Assembly: GCF_009914755.1 (NCBI RefSeq)
Contig: NC_060933.1
Source of the DNA: the human T2T-CHM13v2.0 reference genome, Homo sapiens
Direction: 5' to 3' (one strand)
Length of the DNA stretch: 64,000 bases
Shown: in pieces, positions 59,101 to 64,000 of the stretch
Position numbering within the stretch: position 1 is the first letter of the stretch
Layout of the letters: each line of letters opens with the position of its first letter
Program-made: the position numbers and the translations under genes
The notes under the pieces: model-generated
Told to the model about the DNA's origin: nothing
Databases searched by the model: none
The model's input: only the letters and a program-made list of their open reading frames with translations

Positions 59101-62100
59101 TTCCATTGCATTCCATTCCATTCCATTCCCCTGTACTCGGGTTGATTCCATTCCATTCCATTCCAATCCATGCCATTTCGCTCTTGTTGATTCCATTCTT
59201 TCCATTCCATTCAAGTTGAATCCATTCCATTGCATTCCATTCCATTCGATTCCATTCGATTGCACTCGGGTTGATTCGATTCCATTGCATTCCATTCCAT
59301 TCCATTTCATTCCATTCCATTCCTTTCCATTCCATTCCATTCCATTCCTTTCCATTCCATTCCATTCCATTCCATTCCATTGCAATCGAGTTGATTCCAT
59401 TCCATTCCTTTCCATTCCATTCCATTGCCTTGCATTCCAGTCGGGTTGATTCCATTCCCTTCTTTCCACTCCATTACATTCCCTTCCATTCCACTCGGAA
59501 TGATTGATTCCATTCCATTCCATTCCATTTCATTCCATTGCAATCCATTCCAATCCATTCCATTCCATTCCATTCCACTCGAGTTGATTTCATTCCATTC
59601 CTTTCCATTCCATTCCATTCCTTTCCACTCGAGTTGATTCCATTACATTCCATTCCATTGCATTCCGTTCCATGCCATTCCACTCGGGTTGATTCCATTC
59701 CATTCCATTCCATTCCATTCAATTCCGTTGCATTCCATTCCATTCCTTTCCCCTGCACTCGGGTTGATTCCATTCCATTCCATTCCATTTAATTCTATTC
59801 CATTCCATTCCATTCCATTCCAATCCGTTCCATTCCATTCCATTCTATTCCATTGCAATCGACTTGATTCCATTCCATTCCATTCCATTCCATTCTATTC
59901 CATTCCGTTCCATTCCATTCCATTTTTTTCCAATCCATTCTATTCCGAACCATTCCATTCCATTCCATTCCATTCCATTCCATTCCAGCCATTCCACTCG
60001 GGTTGATTCCATTCCTTTCCATTCCATTCGGGTTGAATCCATTCCACTCCATTCCATTCCATTCGAATCCATTCCATTGCACTCGGGTTGATTCCATTCC
60101 ATTCCATTCCATTCGATTCCATTCCATTCCATTCCATTCCGTTCCATTCCATTGCATTACATTCACATTGATTCTATTCAATTCCCTTACACTCCATTAT
60201 ATTCCAATCCATTCTGGTTGTTTCCATTCCATTCCATTCCATTTCACTCCATTCCATTGCACTCGGTTTGATTCCATTCCATTCCATTCCATTCCATTCC
60301 ATTCCGGATGATTCCATTCCATTGCATTCCATTCCATTCCATTCCCCTGCACTCAGGTTGATTCCATTCCATTCCATTCCACTCCATTCGGTTCCATTCC
60401 ATTCCATTCTATTGCATTCCATTCTATTCGGGTTAATTCCATTCCATTCTATTCCATTCCATTCCATTCCATTCCATTGCAATGGAGTTGATTCCATTCC
60501 ATTCCATTCCATTCCGGATGATTCCATTCCATTGCATTCCATTCCATTCCATTCCCCTGCACTCGTGTTGATTCCATTACCTTCCATTCCATTCCATTCC
60601 GTTCCATTCCATTGCATTCCATTCTATTCCGGTTAATTCCATTCCATTCCATTCCATTCCATTCCATTGCAATCGAGTTGATTGCATTCCATTCCTTTCC
60701 ATTCCATTCCATTGCCTTGCATTCCAATCGGATTGATTCCATTCCCTTCTTTCCACTCCATTACATTCCCTTCCATTCCACTCGGAATGATTGATTCCAT
60801 TCCATTCCATTCCATTTCATTCCGTTGCAATCCATTCCAATCTATTCCATTCCATTCCATTCCAGTCGAGTTGATTTCATTCCATTCCTTTCCATTCCAT
60901 TCCATTCCTTTCCACTCGAGTTCATTCCATTCCATTCCATTCCATTGCATTCCATTCCATGCCATTCCACTCGGGTTGATTCCATTCCTTTGCATTCCAT
61001 TCCATTCCATTCCATTCCATTCCATTCCATTCCGTTGCATTCCATTCCATTACATTCGGATTGATTCTATTCAACTCCCTTACTCTCCATTACATTCCAT
61101 TCCATTCGGGTTGTTCCATTCCATTCCATTCCATTCCACTCCATTCCATTGCACTCGGGTTGATTCCATTCCATTCCATTCCATTCCATTCCATTCCATT
61201 CCATCCCGGATGATTCCATTCCATTGCATTCCGTTCCATTACATTCCCCTGCACTCGCGTTGATTCCATTCCATTCCATTCCATTCCATTCAATTCCATT
61301 CCATTACAATTCGTTCCATTCCATTCTATTCCGTACCATTCCATTCCATTCCATACCATTCCATTCCATTCCATTCCATTCCATTCCATTCCATTCCGTT
61401 CCATTCCGTTCCATTCCATTCCATTCGATTCTATTCGGGTTAATTCCATTCCATTCCATTCCATTCCATTCCATTCCATTCCATTCCGTTCCGTTCCGTT
61501 CCGTTCCATTCCATTCCATTCCATTCCGTTCCGTTCCGTTCCATTCCATTCCATCCCATTCTATTCGGGTTAATTCCATTCCATTCCATTCGATTGCAAT
61601 CGTGTTGATTCCATTCCATTCCATTCCATTCCATTCCATTCCTTTCCATTCCATTACGGATGATTCCATTCCATTGCATTCCATTCCATTCCATTACCCT
61701 GTACTCGGGTTGATTCCATTCCATTCCATTCCAATCCATGCCATTCCACTCGTGTTGATTCCATTCTTTCCATTCCATTCAAGTTGAATCCATTCCATTG
61801 CATTCCATTCCATTCCATTCCCCTGCAGTCGGGTTGATTCCATTCCATTCCATTCCATTCCACTCCATTCCATTCCATTCCATTCCATTATATTTTATTC
61901 GGGTTAATTCCATTCCATTCCATTCCATTCCATTCCATTCCATTACAATCGAGTTGATTCCACTCCATTCCATTCCATTCCAGTCCTTTCCATTCCAATC
62001 CACTCGGGTTGATTCCATTCTATTAGTTTCCATTCCATTCCATTCCCTTCCATTCCACTCTGGTTGATTCCATTCCTTTCCATTCCACTCGAATAGATTC

Positions 62101-64000
62101 CCTCCTATTCCACTCGGAACGATTCCATTCCATTCCATTCCATTCCATTCCATTCCATTCCATTCCATTTCGTACCATTCCATTCTATTCCGTATCATTC
62201 CATTCCATTCCATTCCATTCCATTCCATTCCATTCCATTCCATTCCATTCCATTGTACTCGGGTTGATTCCATTCCATTGCATTCCATTCCATTCCATTC
62301 CATTCCATTCCATTCCATTCCGTTGCATTCCATTCCATTACATTCGGATTGATTCTATTCAACTCCCTTACTCTCCATTACATTCCATTCCATTCGGGTT
62401 GTTCCATTCCATTCCATTCCATTCCACTCCATTCCATTGCACTCGGGTTGATTCCATTCCATTCCATTCCATTCCATTCCATTCCGGATGATTCCATTCC
62501 ATTGCATTCCGTTCCATTACATTCCCCTGCACTCGCGTTGATTCCATTCCATTCCATTCCATTCCATTCAATTCCATTCCATTACAATTAGTTCCATTCC
62601 ATTCTATTCCGTACCATTCCCTTCCATTCCATACCATTCCATTCCATTCCATTCCGTTCCATTCCGTTCCATTCCATTCCATTCCATTCTATTCGGATTA
62701 ATTCCATTCCATTCCATTCCATTCCATTCTATTCCATTCCATTGCAATCGAGTTGAATCCATTGCATTTCATTCCATTCCATTCCATTCCATTCCATTCC
62801 ATTCCATTCCGGAAGTTTCCGTTCCATTGCATTCCATTCCATTCCATTCCATTCCGTTCCGTTCCATTCCATTCCATTCCATTCCGTTCCGTTCCATTCT
62901 ATTCCACTGCATTCTATTCTGGTTAATTCCATTCCATTCCATTCGATTGCAATCGAGTTGATTCCATTCCATTCCATTCCATTCCATTCCATTCCATTCC
63001 ATTCCTTTCCATTCCATTACGGATGATTCCATTCCATTGCATTCCATTCCATTCCATTCCCCTGTACTCGGGTTGATTCCATTCCATTCCATTCCAATCC
63101 ATGCCATTCCACTCGTGTTGATTCCATTCTTTCCATTCCATTCAAGTTGAATACATTCCATTGCATTCCATTCCATTCCATTCCCCTGCAGTCGGGTTGA
63201 TTCCATTCCATTCCATTCCATTCCATTCCATTCCATTCCAATCAAGTTGATTCCATTCCATTCCATTCCATTCCATTCCATTCCATTCCACTCCATTCCA
63301 GTCCTTTCCATTCCATTCCACTCGGGTTGATTCCAATGTATTCCTTTCCATTCCATTCCATTCCATTGCAATCGAGTTGATTCCATTGCTTTGCATTCCA
63401 TTCCATTCCATTCCATTCCGGATGATTCCATTCCATTGCATTCCATTCCATTCCATTCCCCTGCACTCGGGTTGATTCCATTCCATTCCACTCCATTCCA
63501 TTCCATTCCATTCCATTCCATTCTATTGTATTCGGGTTAATTCCATTCTATTCCATTCCATTCCATTCCATTCCATTCCATTCCATTCCATTACAATCGA
63601 GTTGATTCCATTCCATTCCATTCCATTCCAGTCCTTTCCATTCCATTCCTCTCGGGTTGATTCCATTCTATTAGTTTCCATTCCATTCCATTCCCTTCCA
63701 TTCCACTCTGGTTGATTCCATTCCTTTCCATTCCACTCGAATACATTCCCTCCTATTCCACTCGGAACGATTCCATTCCATTCCATTCCATTCCATTCCA
63801 TTCCATTCCATTGTACTCGGGTTTATTCCATTCCATTGCATTCCATTCCATTCCATTCCATTCCATTCCGTTGCATTCCATTCCATTACATTCGGATTGA
63901 TTCTATTCAACTCCCTTACTCTCCATTACATTCCATTCCATTCGGGTTGTTCCATTCCATTCCATTCCATTCAACTCCATTCCATTGCACTCGGGTTGAT
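56120..64000 (+). repeat. Duplication with 5.53-kb period: about 56120-58480 is repeated at about 61645-64000 (second copy runs off the window)
   Basis: CATTATATTTTATTCGGG (56362/61886), CGAATAGATTCC (56571/62090), ACAATTAGTTCC (about 57055/62584), GTTGAATACATT (about 57617/63146), CCTCTCGGG (about 58119/63648) and TTCAACTCC (about 58446/63970). ORF pairs at 5524-5529. Confidence 0.93.

Larger units (their letters stand above)
1..64000 (+). repeat. Human/great-ape classical satellite 3 (HSat3 / satellite III) array; C-rich (CATTC)n strand on +, G-rich (GGAAT)n strand on -; extends beyond both window ends
   Basis: Continuous ATTCC pentamers with long perfect runs, interrupted by recurrent ACTCGGGTTG / ATTCGGGTTA / AATCGAGTTG decamers. 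This matches the classical satellite 3 description (ATTCC plus A(T/C)TCGGGTTG). The CATTCGATTC-dominated pattern of HSat2 is only a minor module here. No unique sequence anywhere. Confidence 0.97.

Noticed and set aside
73-63910. Hundreds of ORFs encoding MEWNG- or IPFHS-repeat peptides (up to about 327 aa, e.g. 363-1346 and 43981-44958)
   Set aside because: (GGAAT)n and (ATTCC)n have no stop codon in any frame, and ATG recurs in every pentamer on the minus strand. The ORFs overlap in all frames, lack domains and end at arbitrary variant words. They are translation artefacts, and database hits to similar hypothetical proteins would be misannotated satellite.
1-64000. CRISPR-like repeat/spacer appearance
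   Set aside because: The intervening words are few, recurrent, pentamer-derived and irregularly spaced rather than unique spacers. No cas genes are present.
1-64000. Telomeric, alpha-satellite or HSat2 identity
   Set aside because: There is no TTAGGG/CCCTAA array and no 171-bp monomer. CATTCGATTC is only a minor module, whereas perfect CATTC runs and CTCGGGTTG decamers dominate.
1-64000. Transposon insertion, inversion junction or hidden unique sequence
   Set aside because: Reading end to end shows no poly(A) tail, target-site duplication, Alu/L1 sequence or switch to GGAAT on the + strand. The longest non-pentamer words are about 30-40 bp and recur many times.

Overview
The whole 64-kb window is one uninterrupted, single-orientation tandem array of diverged (CATTC)n/(GGAAT)n pentamers. 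It carries the interspersed A(C/T)TCGGGTTG-type decamers characteristic of human/great-ape classical satellite 3 (HSat3, satellite III; pericentromeric heterochromatin). I see no genes, RNA genes, transposon insertions, CRISPR arrays or inversions. All ORFs in the track (MEWNG.../IPFHS...) are artefacts of a pentamer with no stop codon in any frame. I found no credible new protein-coding system. The sequence does show structure: (i) a small vocabulary of variant modules placed in fixed order between variable-length pentamer tracts; (ii) nested duplications with different periods (about 1.24, 3.6, 4.0, 5.53, 8.3, 10.82 and 12.76 kb) instead of a single higher-order repeat; (iii) breakpoints that fall in pure pentamer tracts and keep the 5-bp phase; (iv) about 38 recurrent perfect three-unit heat-shock elements (TTCnnGAAnnTTC) in a background of TEAD-type CATTCC motifs; (v) a recurrent 14-bp palindrome; (vi) CpG-decay differences between paralogous copies. 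Duplication boundaries were read by eye from diagnostic variants and ORF-track offsets, so they are approximate (about +/-100 bp). Chromosome and subfamily cannot be fixed without a search.
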